Shown in pieces: positions 16,401 to 26,750 of a stretch of 64,000 bases of DNA (the stretch's first letter is position 1; each line of letters opens with the position of its first letter). Where the stretch lies: NCBI GenBank assembly GCA_964638545.1, contig CAZXAM010000001.1:83330-147329 (forward strand). The letters are read 5' to 3'. Position numbers and translations under genes: made by a program. Origin of the DNA: an uncultured Rikenellaceae bacterium (GTDB lineage Bacteria > Bacteroidota > Bacteroidia > Bacteroidales > VadinHA17). The notes below the pieces were generated by a model that saw only the letters and a list, made by a program, of their open reading frames with translations, was not told where the DNA came from and did no database searches.

Positions 16401-17636
16401 ATGATGTTAATGCCAAAGAAGAACGTGCCCCCTGTGCGCAGGCCCAATGCTTTCTTGTATTATAGTGTTCTCTTTCTGGCTGGTTTTTACTTTCGATGGT
16501 TCCTTGGACTCAGGGTTGATCGCTCTGCAATAAAAAATATCAGACCCCCCTTCTTTGTGATAGCCGGACACACCAGCTGGCTCGACTTTCTTACAGTATC
16601 CATTGCGCTTTACCCGCACAGGTTGAATTACATTGCTGCATACAACTTTTTCAGGGATCCTGTGCTGAAATTCCTGCTGGGTCTCATGGGAGCTATCTCC
16701 AAAAATCAATTTACAAATGATAACCAGGCCATACTCAAAACGAAAAATGTGATAGGAAGCGGTGGCATTGTAGCCATATTCCCTCACGGATGCCTGTCCA
16801 ACGAAGGTCGCCCGGGGGGATTCGCTGCTCCAAGCATAGCAAAACTCATTAAGGCATTTAAAATACCGGTAGTGGCAGTGAAGATTTCCGGCGGATATCT
16901 CACAAACCCCCGCTGGACAAAAAGAATTCGTAAAGGGCGCATGGATGCAACTGTTACAGGAATTCTTACCAGCGAGGAGCTTAATAACTTTTCTGTAGAT
17001 GATATTTACCGCAGGGTGTTGAGCGCCATCGACTTTGATGACTACAAATGGCAGAGAGAAAATCAAGTTACTTTTAAAGGAATCCGCCTGGCCGAAGGTG
17101 CCGAACTGGTGCTGTACAAATGCCCCAAATGCCTGGCAGAGTTTACATTACGCTCCAGGGGGAATAAACTGTTTTGCCTTAACTGCGGCAATGAAGCCCT
17201 GGTGAACAACAAACTGTTTTTTGAACCCGGTACGAAGGATAGCATCGTTTTTGACGGCTTTGATAATTGGTATGACTTCCAGAAGGAGTCTCTTTTAACC
17301 GAAATTCAGGATCCGGGATTTAGAATTACAGCAACCACAGCACTCTTATGGAATGAACCAGGAAAGTACGGTTACCAGGAAATGGGGCACGGTAAGCTTA
17401 GTCTAACCCGCGAAGCAGTAACCTACGAAGGGAAAATATTTGACAGAACTGCTGTCCAATCCTTTGAAATGAAAGATATCCTTATGGTACCATTTGCTGC
17501 CGGAGAGTACTTCGAGATAGCCAACGGGTCTGACCTCCGGCGTTTCGTGCTGGACGATGTCAGGATGATGATGAAATGGGTGCTTGCAATCCGGCTTATC
17601 CGTGACACATACTATGAAAATAATCCTGAAACATGA
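16401..17636 (+). CDS. PlsC-family lysophospholipid acyltransferase with an internal Cys4 zinc-ribbon-like motif
   Basis: The HX4D acyltransferase box is present in VIAGHTSWLDF and a second box in FPHGCLSNEGRPG. The motif CPKC...(17 aa)...CLNC follows the catalytic domain. Confidence 0.7.
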   Translation: MMLMPKKNVPPVRRPNAFLYYSVLFLAGFYFRWFLGLRVDRSAIKNIRPPFFVIAGHTSWLDFLTVSIALYPHRLNYIAAYNFFRDPVLKFLLGLMGAISKNQFTNDNQAILKTKNVIGSGGIVAIFPHGCLSNEGRPGGFAAPSIAKLIKAFKIPVVAVKISGGYLTNPRWTKRIRKGRMDATVTGILTSEELNNFSVDDIYRRVLSAIDFDDYKWQRENQVTFKGIRLAEGAELVLYKCPKCLAEFTLRSRGNKLFCLNCGNEALVNNKLFFEPGTKDSIVFDGFDNWYDFQKESLLTEIQDPGFRITATTALLWNEPGKYGYQEMGHGKLSLTREAVTYEGKIFDRTAVQSFEMKDILMVPFAAGEYFEIANGSDLRRFVLDDVRMMMKWVLAIRLIRDTYYENNPET

Positions 17637-19087
17637 AAAACAGAAAAGAACTATTCAGCAAGATTGCCTATGCCTGCGGCGATATCTACGGAGGAGGAGC
17701 CTTTATAATTATAGGCTTACTGCTGCTGGTTTACCTGACAAATGTTGAGGGGTTCTCCGGAACACTTGCCGGCATCATCATTTTCATTGGGAAAACCTGG
17801 GATGCCGTTACCGATCCCTTTATGGGGCAGCTGTCAGACAGAACCAGATCACGCTTTGGTCGCCGCCGCATATATTTTCTGCTGGGCAGCCTTCCTGTCT
17901 TCGCATCATGGGTAATGCTGTGGTACGGTTTTGGTATCACCGGAACCACTGCTAAATTCATATACTATGCACTTTCTTACATCTTCTTTTCCACTGCTTT
18001 CACAATAGTGATGGTTCCCTATAACGCCATTCTGTCCGACATGGTAAGGGACTATAACAGGCGCAGTGCCTTCACCGGTATGCGCCTTGGATTTTCTGCT
18101 GCAGCTGCAATCTTATGTGCCACTGTTCCGGCGCTGATTACAGGAGCCTACCCTGATCCCAAACAGGGTTACCTTATGATGGGGCTTACCTTTGGAATTG
18201 TATTCGCAATAGGCTGGCTGGCAGTATTTTTTGGTACGTGGGAGAATGAGACAAAACCAAACCCTGTAATATCCCTGAAGGACTGGCTGGTAGTGCTCAA
18301 AAACCGTTCATTCAGTGTTTATGTGAGAGTATTCATTCTCTGTCAGATGGCTATTGATACTGTTATGACACTGGCTGTATATTTCCTGACGGTTTCATTG
18401 AAGAAGGCTGAACTTTTCGTTCCGATTATGGGAACTATCCTTGTAACCCAACTCGTCTTTATCGGTATTTTCTCGCAAGTGGCTCAGAAAAAGGGCAAGA
18501 CTGCTCCGGCTTATATTTCCGCCGGCCTGTGGATTGCTGCCAGCATTGCCATAGCGTTCCTGACTCCTGCCACACCTGATATTATTGTAATCTCGATCTG
18601 CTCGCTCATCGGAGTTGGAAGTGCCGGATGCAATCTCTTCTCATGGTCTGTCTTACCCGACATAGCCGATGTTGATGAACTTATTACCGGACGCCGTAGG
18701 GAGGGTCTCTACTCAGGTGTATCCACCTTCCTGCGTAAACTATCCGGAGGTGTTGTAGTCGGTGTACTTGGCATAGCTTTGGATGTGATCGGTTACAGCA
18801 AGGAAGCTGTCAACGCAGGAAACATTTCACCAACAACAGACTGGGGCATACGGATTCTTTTCTGCGCCATACCAATCACATTCCTGATTTTCGCAATTAT
18901 ATACCTCCGTAAATATAAGCTGGGCAGACAGGAATTCGCTATAATGAGCAGCATTCTGAACCGTTTCAGAAATGGTGAACCAAACATAACCCTTGAGGGG
19001 GAGGATCTCAGGGTTTGCCAGCAACTGACAGGATTGAAGGGGACCCGGTTCTTTGGTATCGATCAGGGGCCAGATCATCTGATTTGA
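17633..19087 (+). CDS. MFS transporter of the glycoside-pentoside-hexuronide (GPH/MelB-like) type
   Basis: GPH signature KTWDAVTDPFMGQLSDRTRSRFGRRR, with about 12 hydrophobic segments. The start overlaps the upstream stop (ATGA at 17633-17636), implying co-translation with the acyltransferase. Confidence 0.75.
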   Translation: MKNRKELFSKIAYACGDIYGGGAFIIIGLLLLVYLTNVEGFSGTLAGIIIFIGKTWDAVTDPFMGQLSDRTRSRFGRRRIYFLLGSLPVFASWVMLWYGFGITGTTAKFIYYALSYIFFSTAFTIVMVPYNAILSDMVRDYNRRSAFTGMRLGFSAAAAILCATVPALITGAYPDPKQGYLMMGLTFGIVFAIGWLAVFFGTWENETKPNPVISLKDWLVVLKNRSFSVYVRVFILCQMAIDTVMTLAVYFLTVSLKKAELFVPIMGTILVTQLVFIGIFSQVAQKKGKTAPAYISAGLWIAASIAIAFLTPATPDIIVISICSLIGVGSAGCNLFSWSVLPDIADVDELITGRRREGLYSGVSTFLRKLSGGVVVGVLGIALDVIGYSKEAVNAGNISPTTDWGIRILFCAIPITFLIFAIIYLRKYKLGRQEFAIMSSILNRFRNGEPNITLEGEDLRVCQQLTGLKGTRFFGIDQGPDHLI

Positions 19088-19215
19088 TTTGTGACACTTT
19101 AGTCCTGAATATTTTCACAAATTTTCGCCGGCAGATTATTTTAAATTAAACCTGATTATTGTTTATGGAAAAACGCGTACTTTGAATTGTTACATCATCC
19201 TCAAAATCTCTTTGA

Positions 19216-20886
19216 ATGAGAATTACTGTAAACAACACTTTGCTTGAACTTCACGACGGAGCCAGAGTTAAAGATGCAATTCTGAGTTTCTATATGAACT
19301 CTGGCCGAAGGGTACCTAAAAAATTACCCGTTATTGAAGATCGTTTTGGGAACAGGATAGCCCCTGATGGCGAAATGACAGAAGGTAACACACTTTTCAT
19401 CGTGCCAAAGCGCAAAAAAAAGCCCTCGTCTTTGATACTGATCACCGCTGTGCTGGTCATCGGATCTCTTCCTGCCTGCATCAGCATGAAGCATGCCGGA
19501 ACCGCTGTACTACCTGAACGACAGGCGGTTATTTTCGCCGTGAATGATATGCATGCGGCAATCGATAACTTTCCAAAACTTGCATATCTGGTCGACAGCC
19601 TCAAAACAATCTACCCTGACATGCTGCTTGTTGCCGCCGGTGACAACCAGACCGGCAACCCGGTGAATGACCAGTACCCTGAGAAGGGCTGGCCGGTGAT
19701 AGACCTTATGAATGCCGTCGGTTTCAACCTCAGCGCCCTTGGTAACCACGAGTTCGACACCGGTCCTGAAGGATTCGCTAACCTTACCGCCAGGGCCAGC
19801 TTCAGCTTTATCTGTGCCAATGTGACTGCTGGCGGTCAGAATACACCAAAGATCAGTCCCTATAGAATCTTCACGCTGCCCAACGGACTTAAACTTGCTT
19901 TCCTCGGACTGCTGCAACTTGGTCAGAACGGCATCCCCGACAGCCATCCCGACAATGTAAAAGGATTCTCCTTCCGTTCTCCGTTTGAAACAGCACCCGA
20001 ATACATGCGGCTGAAAGACAGTAGTGATATTTTTATTGCACTTACACATATCGGATTTGAAGAGGACGTAAAACTGGCTGAAACCATGCCGGCAGGTATC
20101 GATCTGATCATTGGAGGACATTCTCATACCAGGGTTGAGAAGGAACAGATCCACAACAGGATCCTGATAACACAGGCTGAAAACAAACTGAAGTACGGCA
20201 CACTGATCAGGATGATAGTCAGCAGCGATGGTACAATCACGAAAAGTATGCAGCTTATCGACATCAGGAATTCAAAGAATGAGAAATCATCCATCCGGGC
20301 AATAGTTGATAAATACAACGATAATCCTGTGTTGAATGAAGTGATTGCTACAGCTGCCGGCGATTTTACATCATATGAAGAACTTGGTTACCTGATGGCC
20401 GATGCGCAGCGTGATGCTGCCGGAGCGGATATTGCCCTGATGAACCCCGGAGGTGTCCGTATGGATCGCCTTGATAAAGGTCCGGTAACGATCAAGAACG
20501 TCTATCAACTCGATCCCTTTGGAAATGAGCTGGTGGTTACAAATCTTACCGGCAGTGAGATTTACTCGCTTATGAGAGCCGCCTGGACTGTTGATGACAA
20601 ATCACCTCTCTATCCTTCTGGGATCAGAACGGAACTGAAAATTGATGCTGAAGGTAACCCGGGTGAAATAACAATCCTGACCGAAAACGGCGTCCCTATC
20701 GATATGAACCACATCTACTCGGTTGCCATGAACAGTTATATCACTCAGGTTTACAGGTATCAGCACAGCGACCCCGGGCATTCACTTTTTATAACAACAG
20801 CTGAAGCACTGATCAGCTACCTGAAAAAACAGAATACCGTAAGAAGTTACCGGAACGAAAAGAGAGTAAAAATCTCTGGTATTTAG
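19216..20886 (+). CDS. Bifunctional metallophosphatase/5'-nucleotidase (UshA-like), membrane-anchored or lipoprotein
   Basis: Calcineurin-like motifs are present (AVNDMH, AAGDNQTGN, GNHEFD, IGGHSH), followed by a 5'-nucleotidase C-terminal region. An alternative start at ATG 19375 would give the lipoprotein signal MTEGNTLFIVPKRKKKPSSLILITAVLVIGSLPAC. Confidence 0.8.
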   Translation: MRITVNNTLLELHDGARVKDAILSFYMNSGRRVPKKLPVIEDRFGNRIAPDGEMTEGNTLFIVPKRKKKPSSLILITAVLVIGSLPACISMKHAGTAVLPERQAVIFAVNDMHAAIDNFPKLAYLVDSLKTIYPDMLLVAAGDNQTGNPVNDQYPEKGWPVIDLMNAVGFNLSALGNHEFDTGPEGFANLTARASFSFICANVTAGGQNTPKISPYRIFTLPNGLKLAFLGLLQLGQNGIPDSHPDNVKGFSFRSPFETAPEYMRLKDSSDIFIALTHIGFEEDVKLAETMPAGIDLIIGGHSHTRVEKEQIHNRILITQAENKLKYGTLIRMIVSSDGTITKSMQLIDIRNSKNEKSSIRAIVDKYNDNPVLNEVIATAAGDFTSYEELGYLMADAQRDAAGADIALMNPGGVRMDRLDKGPVTIKNVYQLDPFGNELVVTNLTGSEIYSLMRAAWTVDDKSPLYPSGIRTELKIDAEGNPGEITILTENGVPIDMNHIYSVAMNSYITQVYRYQHSDPGHSLFITTAEALISYLKKQNTVRSYRNEKRVKISGI

Positions 20887-21032
20887 TTTATCGGCGATTT
20901 AAATTTATGTTACAAGCCCCTTCCCTTGTGATTGCAGTATCATGGGGATTGAACCGCAGGGATCTTCTGGTATCCCGCTCACCGGATCAGATTGCAGATA
21001 AACCTGAAGATCTGATTGAATGTGTAGTGTCG

Positions 21033-24000
21033 CTATTCAACCATTAACCGTTCAATATCAAGACTCTTCTTTTCGCTGTTTCGCCCCTTCCCCGAATGGA
21101 GGATCTTATACATTACAGGCACCACAATCAATGTCAGGAAAGTTGAAAGCAACATCCCTCCGATTATCACCCATGCCAGGCCGTTCCTCAGTTCTGCCCC
21201 GGCTCCTTTTGAAAGGGCAACAGGAAGCATCCCGATGATCGTTGAAAGCGCAGTCATGAGGATCGGTCGGGTACGAATCCGCACCGCCTGAAGAAGAGCT
21301 TCGTTGATCTCTTTTCCTTCCTTTATTGCATCATTGGCGAAATCGACCAGGAGGATAGCATTCTTCCCGACGAGCCCGATAAGCATAACAAGTCCCAGCA
21401 TGCCGTAAACGCTCAGTGCGGTGTTTGTCAGTGCCAGCGCCAGGATAGCCCCCAGGATTGCAAGCGGGATTGAAAACAGAACAACAAACGGATCTGTCCA
21501 GTTATTATAAAGAACAACAAGGGAAAGGTAAATAAGCACAATCGACAGGAGAAGAGCCCCGGTCATGACGGTCATTGAATCTCCCATTGACTGCATATCA
21601 CCCGTTACGACAAGTTTGGTCCCCTGCGGCTTTTGCATCTTCTCAATCCTGTCGCTGAATTCCTGTGAAACCTCTCCCGAAGTAGCGCCGAGAACCTGCG
21701 TACGGATAGTAACGGAACTGTTCCGGTTGAATCTTTCCAGCCGACTTGGACCGGTTCCGAGGGTGACATCAGCAAATTGTGACAGGCGGATTGCCTCGCC
21801 CCTGCTATTCATGAATGTAAGGTTACCGACATCTTCCACCTGTTCCCTGTATGCCTTATCAGCTCTTATATTAATATCATATTCATAGTTGTTTTCAGTA
21901 TACTTAAGAGAGTTGTTTCCCTGGTATGTCATCTGCATTGTAAAGCCGACATTGTCAAGCGTCAGGCCGAGTGAAGACATCTTATCACGGTCTACAGACA
22001 CATTTATCTCGGGCGTTCCGCTTTCGACTGACAACTCCTGCTGCATAGTACCCGGAATGGATCGCATAACCTCAAGAGCCTGGTCAGCGAAGATCATCAC
22101 AGAATCGGCATCATTGCCTGTGATTACGTATTCAACTGCGGCCTTCGCAGCCTGACCTGTCACAGCAACACTGAAGATATTTACATTCGCATCAACAAGG
22201 TAATCGGACAGAGGCTTTTTGATTTTTGCAATATACAGTCTTGTGTTTTCGTCACGTTGTTTTGACGGTACAAGCTTCACGTTAAGCTCTGCAAGAAATG
22301 GTGTCCCCTGTGTACTCTGGGTATTGTCACTTGTAAGACCCACCATTGTGACAACCTTGCTCACCTCTGGTTTGAGCCGGAACCAGTCTTCGGCTTTCCG
22401 GACAAGAGCATTCGATTCTTCAAGCGAGATATCCTTGGGCATCTCAAGCTGTACGATGAACTCACCCCTGTCGACGTCGGGTAAAAACTCAAATCCTATA
22501 AAGCCCAGCGGGAAAAGAGAAAATACTGCAATTGTAATTCCAAGAATGATCAGTGCCAGCCATCGCTTGTGAAAAAGCGCCCACTTTAATAATCGCGATA
22601 TCCAAAGGCCAAATGCCACTATCATTTTTTCAAATCCAATCAAAACCTTCTCAAACAGGTTCTTTCCAGTCAGTACCTGAATGTTGCCAAACCTGGAAGT
22701 AAGGAGAGGAACAAGAGTAAGCGCAGCAAGAAGGCTGACGAGGATTGAGAATATTATCACCCCGCAGAACTGCCGGAGAATGTCTGAAACGAGTGTATTT
22801 GTCAGAGCAATTGGTAAGAAAACAATAACAAGCACAATAGTGATGGAAATTACCGTGAATCCAATTTCCTTCATTGCATCCCATGAGGCACGCACCCGGT
22901 TTTTGCCCATCTCGATATGCCGGTACACGTTTTCTATTACTACAATTGCATCGTCAACAAGCACCCCGATAACAAGTGAGAGGCCAAGCAGTGACATCAG
23001 GTTAAGCGAAAAATTAAAAAGATTCATGCCAATGAATGTCGAGATAAGTGATACGGGCACGACAACCATTACTACTATGGCATTCCTGAAATTATGAAGG
23101 AAAAGCAACATGACAAGTGAGACAAGCAAGACTGCCAGGAGAAGATCTGTCAGCACCGATGAAATTGATTCACGCGTAAAGTCGGTGGAATCCTGGGCAA
23201 TCTCCATTGCCAGACCGTTTTCCGAATATTCATTTTCGAGTGACTTGATTGTCTTCCGGATATTATCACTTACATCAACGGCGTTAGCGTCAGATTGCTT
23301 ATATATGTTGATGAGTATCGCATCTTCCCCGTTTACCCGGGCGAGACTGGCGGGATCTTTAATTGCATCCGTAATTTCCGCTATATCCTGCAACCTTACC
23401 TGTGTGCCGGTTGGAGTTGTCATCAGCACGAGGTTACTGATTTCATCCACGCTGGTGAATTTACCTGAAAGGCGGACTGCGGTCTGGGTCTCCGAATTAC
23501 GAAGGCTGCCTGTCGGGAAATCAAGGTTGGAAGATCTTATTACTCCCTGTATCTGAGCTGGCGTTACGCCTAAAGCCCGCATCCTGGCGGCATCGAGATT
23601 GACCTGAATCTCCCTTTGCAATCCTCCGATAAGTGTCCCCTTTGAGACACCTTTTATACCTGAGAGCTGTGGAAGGATACGTTTGTCCATCAGATCAAAA
23701 AACCGTGTCGGCTCAAGATCTGAAGTTGCAGATAAAATAATTATCGCCTTGTCATCAACAGTAACCTTTGAAATAACCGGCGACAGTACTGATACCGGAA
23801 GCTGGGATCTTTTTGCATCAATGAAATTCTGCGCATCAGTTATTGATTTGTCTACATCAGTACCATATTTGAAGGTGACAAAGAGCATAGACATACTTTC
23901 ATATGAATAGGACTGTATCTTGTCAATGCCCTCCATGCTTGAGAGAGCATCTTCAACCTTGCGGGTCAATGAATTCTCTACCTCCGAAGGAGATGCGCCC

Positions 24001-24155
24001 GGGTAAACTATCTGGACATTTATCACCGGAGGCGTGAATTTTGGCATCAGCTCGGCGCTCAGATCTTTGTAGCTGATAAAACCCAGGATTGCCAGAACCG
24101 AAAACAAAACAATTACATATATCGGTCGCTTTATTGATATCTCTGATATTTTCAT
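21033..24155 (-). CDS. RND efflux pump inner-membrane permease (AcrB/HAE1 family)
   Basis: 1040 aa with a 12-TM, two-large-loop layout. The start MKISEISIKRPIYVIVLF and the motif LVIGVLVDDAIVVIEN are typical of the family. Confidence 0.9.
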   Translation of the reverse strand: MKISEISIKRPIYVIVLFSVLAILGFISYKDLSAELMPKFTPPVINVQIVYPGASPSEVENSLTRKVEDALSSMEGIDKIQSYSYESMSMLFVTFKYGTDVDKSITDAQNFIDAKRSQLPVSVLSPVISKVTVDDKAIIILSATSDLEPTRFFDLMDKRILPQLSGIKGVSKGTLIGGLQREIQVNLDAARMRALGVTPAQIQGVIRSSNLDFPTGSLRNSETQTAVRLSGKFTSVDEISNLVLMTTPTGTQVRLQDIAEITDAIKDPASLARVNGEDAILINIYKQSDANAVDVSDNIRKTIKSLENEYSENGLAMEIAQDSTDFTRESISSVLTDLLLAVLLVSLVMLLFLHNFRNAIVVMVVVPVSLISTFIGMNLFNFSLNLMSLLGLSLVIGVLVDDAIVVIENVYRHIEMGKNRVRASWDAMKEIGFTVISITIVLVIVFLPIALTNTLVSDILRQFCGVIIFSILVSLLAALTLVPLLTSRFGNIQVLTGKNLFEKVLIGFEKMIVAFGLWISRLLKWALFHKRWLALIILGITIAVFSLFPLGFIGFEFLPDVDRGEFIVQLEMPKDISLEESNALVRKAEDWFRLKPEVSKVVTMVGLTSDNTQSTQGTPFLAELNVKLVPSKQRDENTRLYIAKIKKPLSDYLVDANVNIFSVAVTGQAAKAAVEYVITGNDADSVMIFADQALEVMRSIPGTMQQELSVESGTPEINVSVDRDKMSSLGLTLDNVGFTMQMTYQGNNSLKYTENNYEYDINIRADKAYREQVEDVGNLTFMNSRGEAIRLSQFADVTLGTGPSRLERFNRNSSVTIRTQVLGATSGEVSQEFSDRIEKMQKPQGTKLVVTGDMQSMGDSMTVMTGALLLSIVLIYLSLVVLYNNWTDPFVVLFSIPLAILGAILALALTNTALSVYGMLGLVMLIGLVGKNAILLVDFANDAIKEGKEINEALLQAVRIRTRPILMTALSTIIGMLPVALSKGAGAELRNGLAWVIIGGMLLSTFLTLIVVPVMYKILHSGKGRNSEKKSLDIERLMVE

Positions 24156-24218
24156 CTGTATATTTTTAGTCAGGTCAGAACTCTTCTCCTTTACGAAATT
24201 GCCTGAAAGGGTTTCGGT

Positions 24219-25280
24219 TTACCGGTCAGCTTTATTCTTTACAATTATACCGTCCGACACATTTATAAGTCCTGCAACTATTACACTGTCACCAGCCTGG
24301 AGACCATCAAGGATCTCTACCCTGTTTCCGATCATGGAACCCACAATCACTTCTTTTTCTGCGGCTTTGCCATCAGTGACAGTAAAGACCTTCGCATTTT
24401 TCACACTCCCGGTAATAGCGCTTCTGGGGATCATTATTACTTTGTTCCCGGATTCAACATTAAAATATGCCGTTACATACATACCGGCTTTAAGTTTCTT
24501 CTTTTCAGGGCCTGAAACAGAAATCTCAACGGGATAATTAAGTGATCTGTCAGCCTTTGATCCGACAAACGTAATTTTCCCGGTGTATTTTTCTCCGGGA
24601 AATGCATCGCATTCGATTCTTACATTCTGGCCTTCTTTCAGGAGAAGAACCTGCCGTTCCGTAACATTACACAATGCTTTAAGCTGGGAATCATCAATAA
24701 TATCGAAAAGCCTTGCACCCGGATTGAGATAGGCTCCGATCTCCACATATCGCTTGATTACCGTCCCTGAAATTGGCGATTTGATCCTTGCATCGGAGAG
24801 ACGGCGTTTACTGCTTGTATATCTGCTTTCGGCAGCAATATACTGCGTTCTTATTGTTTCAAGCTGCTGATCGGTTACGCCTCCATTAGCATTGGCATTT
24901 GTAAAACGTTCAAGGTCTGTCTTCAATGCATTATATGCTGCCTCGCTGGCTGTAAAATCGGCTTTCAGCATCTCGTCATCGACCTGAACAAGCACCTTCC
25001 CCTTGCTGACATAGGTTCCTTCATCAGCAAACAGTTCAAGCACTCGACCTGATGCATCTGAAACAAAGGAGAGCTCGCGGAACGGTTCAAGAGAACCATT
25101 CGATGAGAAGCTCCGGTCTGCCTGCTCTTCGCTTACCTCAACAATCCCGACAGTTACACTTGTGGATGCCTCTGAAGCAATCTGGGTTTTTTCCATGCTG
25201 CGATTTTTATTGATCACCAGGATTGCAACAATTACAGCTATCAGACCTATTACTGCGATTATGGATAATATTTTTTTCAT
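24219..25280 (-). CDS. RND efflux periplasmic adaptor (membrane fusion protein)
   Basis: N-terminal anchor, coiled-coil hairpin region, lipoyl/beta-barrel pattern (…GTYVSKGKVLVQVD…, …IKSPISGTVIKR…). Sits between the TolC and RND genes. Confidence 0.85.
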   Translation of the reverse strand: MKKILSIIAVIGLIAVIVAILVINKNRSMEKTQIASEASTSVTVGIVEVSEEQADRSFSSNGSLEPFRELSFVSDASGRVLELFADEGTYVSKGKVLVQVDDEMLKADFTASEAAYNALKTDLERFTNANANGGVTDQQLETIRTQYIAAESRYTSSKRRLSDARIKSPISGTVIKRYVEIGAYLNPGARLFDIIDDSQLKALCNVTERQVLLLKEGQNVRIECDAFPGEKYTGKITFVGSKADRSLNYPVEISVSGPEKKKLKAGMYVTAYFNVESGNKVIMIPRSAITGSVKNAKVFTVTDGKAAEKEVIVGSMIGNRVEILDGLQAGDSVIVAGLINVSDGIIVKNKADR

Positions 25281-25379
25281 GATTTTAAAGATTTTGCCTC
25301 CCCTTCCTGTCCCGGTGGAACCTCCCGGCTCAGCATTGTCCGTTTATTTGATTTTTATTATGATTTCATGCATTTTAAA

Positions 25380-26747
25380 TTACCTGACAAGGTCCCTGAT
25401 TGTACCATTGGCCTTAAGCAGCTCAACATAGGCCTTCATGAAGTTGTTGAGTGCATCCGCATAGCTCATCTGCGCCTGTACCAGCGAGGAGTTGGCATTC
25501 AGCACATCTGACATCGAAGCGATGCCCTGCGAATAGTTCTTTTCGGTGATGCGGTACACTTCTTCTGCAAGGGCCATGTTCTCTTCCTGGACATGAATGG
25601 CACTGCGATTATCTTCAAGCTTCAGTGATGCATTCTTGTACGCCATGTTGAGCGACTGTTCAAGAATGACTCCGTCTTCTTTGATCTTGAGGATCTCAAA
25701 GTCAGCCTGCTTTATTTTTGAGCTTCTCGAAAGCCCTCCAAATAAAGGGATACGCAAGTTCAGCCCTGCCATTGATGATCCGTACCAGTAATTCGTTTCT
25801 CCTCTGAAAAACTCATCTGATACACCGTTATAATTATAATTGATCATAGCTGTCAGAACAGGAAAATTCTCATACACGGCGGCCTTCCTTTGCAGCTGCT
25901 GCAGATTCTGCTGTTGAGTCAGCATTTTGAATGATGTATGAAGGTTAGGATTGAAATTTTGAGTATTTCCGGTTTTTGCCTGGTTCTCAAATGTTTTAAG
26001 ATTGATCTTTTCAATTTCCAGGTCACCTGATATATCCATTCCCATCTGCAGCTTCAGCAGATTTTTCTGTACCTCGACGGCATTTCTGACTGATGCTCTT
26101 TGCGTGGCCATGTTCGTCCTTGTAACCTTTAATCTGTCGAGATCGACTTTTCTTATCAGTCCGCTGGCGTAACTTGCCTCCAGTGAAGTCAGTACAGAAT
26201 CAATGATTTCAATGCTCCTGCCAAACATCTCAGCAGCGTAATCCGTCGCCTGGATTGCATAAAAAAGATTGGCGGTCTGACTTATAACATCTTCCTCTTT
26301 GGCCTCGGCGGCCAGTGATGTCAGCTCCTCAGCTGTCCTGGCTATGTCTACGGCATTGAAAAGCGAGAGGTTGACTATCTGCTGGTTCAGGGCAGCTCCT
26401 ATCCCTGCTGAATAGTTGGTCCCCATTTCAATTGTCATATATTTGGCCGCATTGGGATCCTGCATATTCGGAGGAAGGAAATCATTAATGAAATTGGGCA
26501 TGATGAACCTTGGCTTCTGAATGTTATAGTTCAGATTGCCGGAACCTGATATTTGCGGCAACAGGGCGCCAAGTATTTCGTGCCTGGCCTGAATTGATTT
26601 CTCCTTGTCGAACTGAGCCTTGCGAATATTATGGTTGTTTTCCAGCGCAAATTTCAGACAGCTCTCAAGATTGTATGCCTGCTGTGCGCTTACGCTGGCA
26701 CATATGCAGGCTGCTACTGTTAATAAAATAGTTCTGGCTTTATTCAT
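25380..26747 (-). CDS. TolC-family outer-membrane efflux protein
   Basis: Signal peptide followed by two OEP-like repeats (…LESCLKFALENNHNIRKAQ…, …AEEVYRITEKNYSQGIASMSDVLNA…). First structural gene of the efflux operon. Confidence 0.85.
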   Translation of the reverse strand: MNKARTILLTVAACICASVSAQQAYNLESCLKFALENNHNIRKAQFDKEKSIQARHEILGALLPQISGSGNLNYNIQKPRFIMPNFINDFLPPNMQDPNAAKYMTIEMGTNYSAGIGAALNQQIVNLSLFNAVDIARTAEELTSLAAEAKEEDVISQTANLFYAIQATDYAAEMFGRSIEIIDSVLTSLEASYASGLIRKVDLDRLKVTRTNMATQRASVRNAVEVQKNLLKLQMGMDISGDLEIEKINLKTFENQAKTGNTQNFNPNLHTSFKMLTQQQNLQQLQRKAAVYENFPVLTAMINYNYNGVSDEFFRGETNYWYGSSMAGLNLRIPLFGGLSRSSKIKQADFEILKIKEDGVILEQSLNMAYKNASLKLEDNRSAIHVQEENMALAEEVYRITEKNYSQGIASMSDVLNANSSLVQAQMSYADALNNFMKAYVELLKANGTIRDLVR

Positions 26748-26750
26748 TTT

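Noticed and set aside
16407-17066. A 219-aa minus-strand ORF
   Set aside because: It is fully antisense to the acyltransferase gene, which carries the HX4D box. It has no recognisable motifs.
19510-20154. A 214-aa minus-strand ORF (and neighbours 19290-19604, 19611-19820)
   Set aside because: It is antisense to the 5'-nucleotidase, whose metallophosphatase motifs fix the true frame.
21565-23910. A series of plus-strand ORFs of 75-148 aa
   Set aside because: All are antisense to the 1040-aa RND permease. Their serine/threonine-rich products are typical of the mirror frame of a membrane-protein gene.
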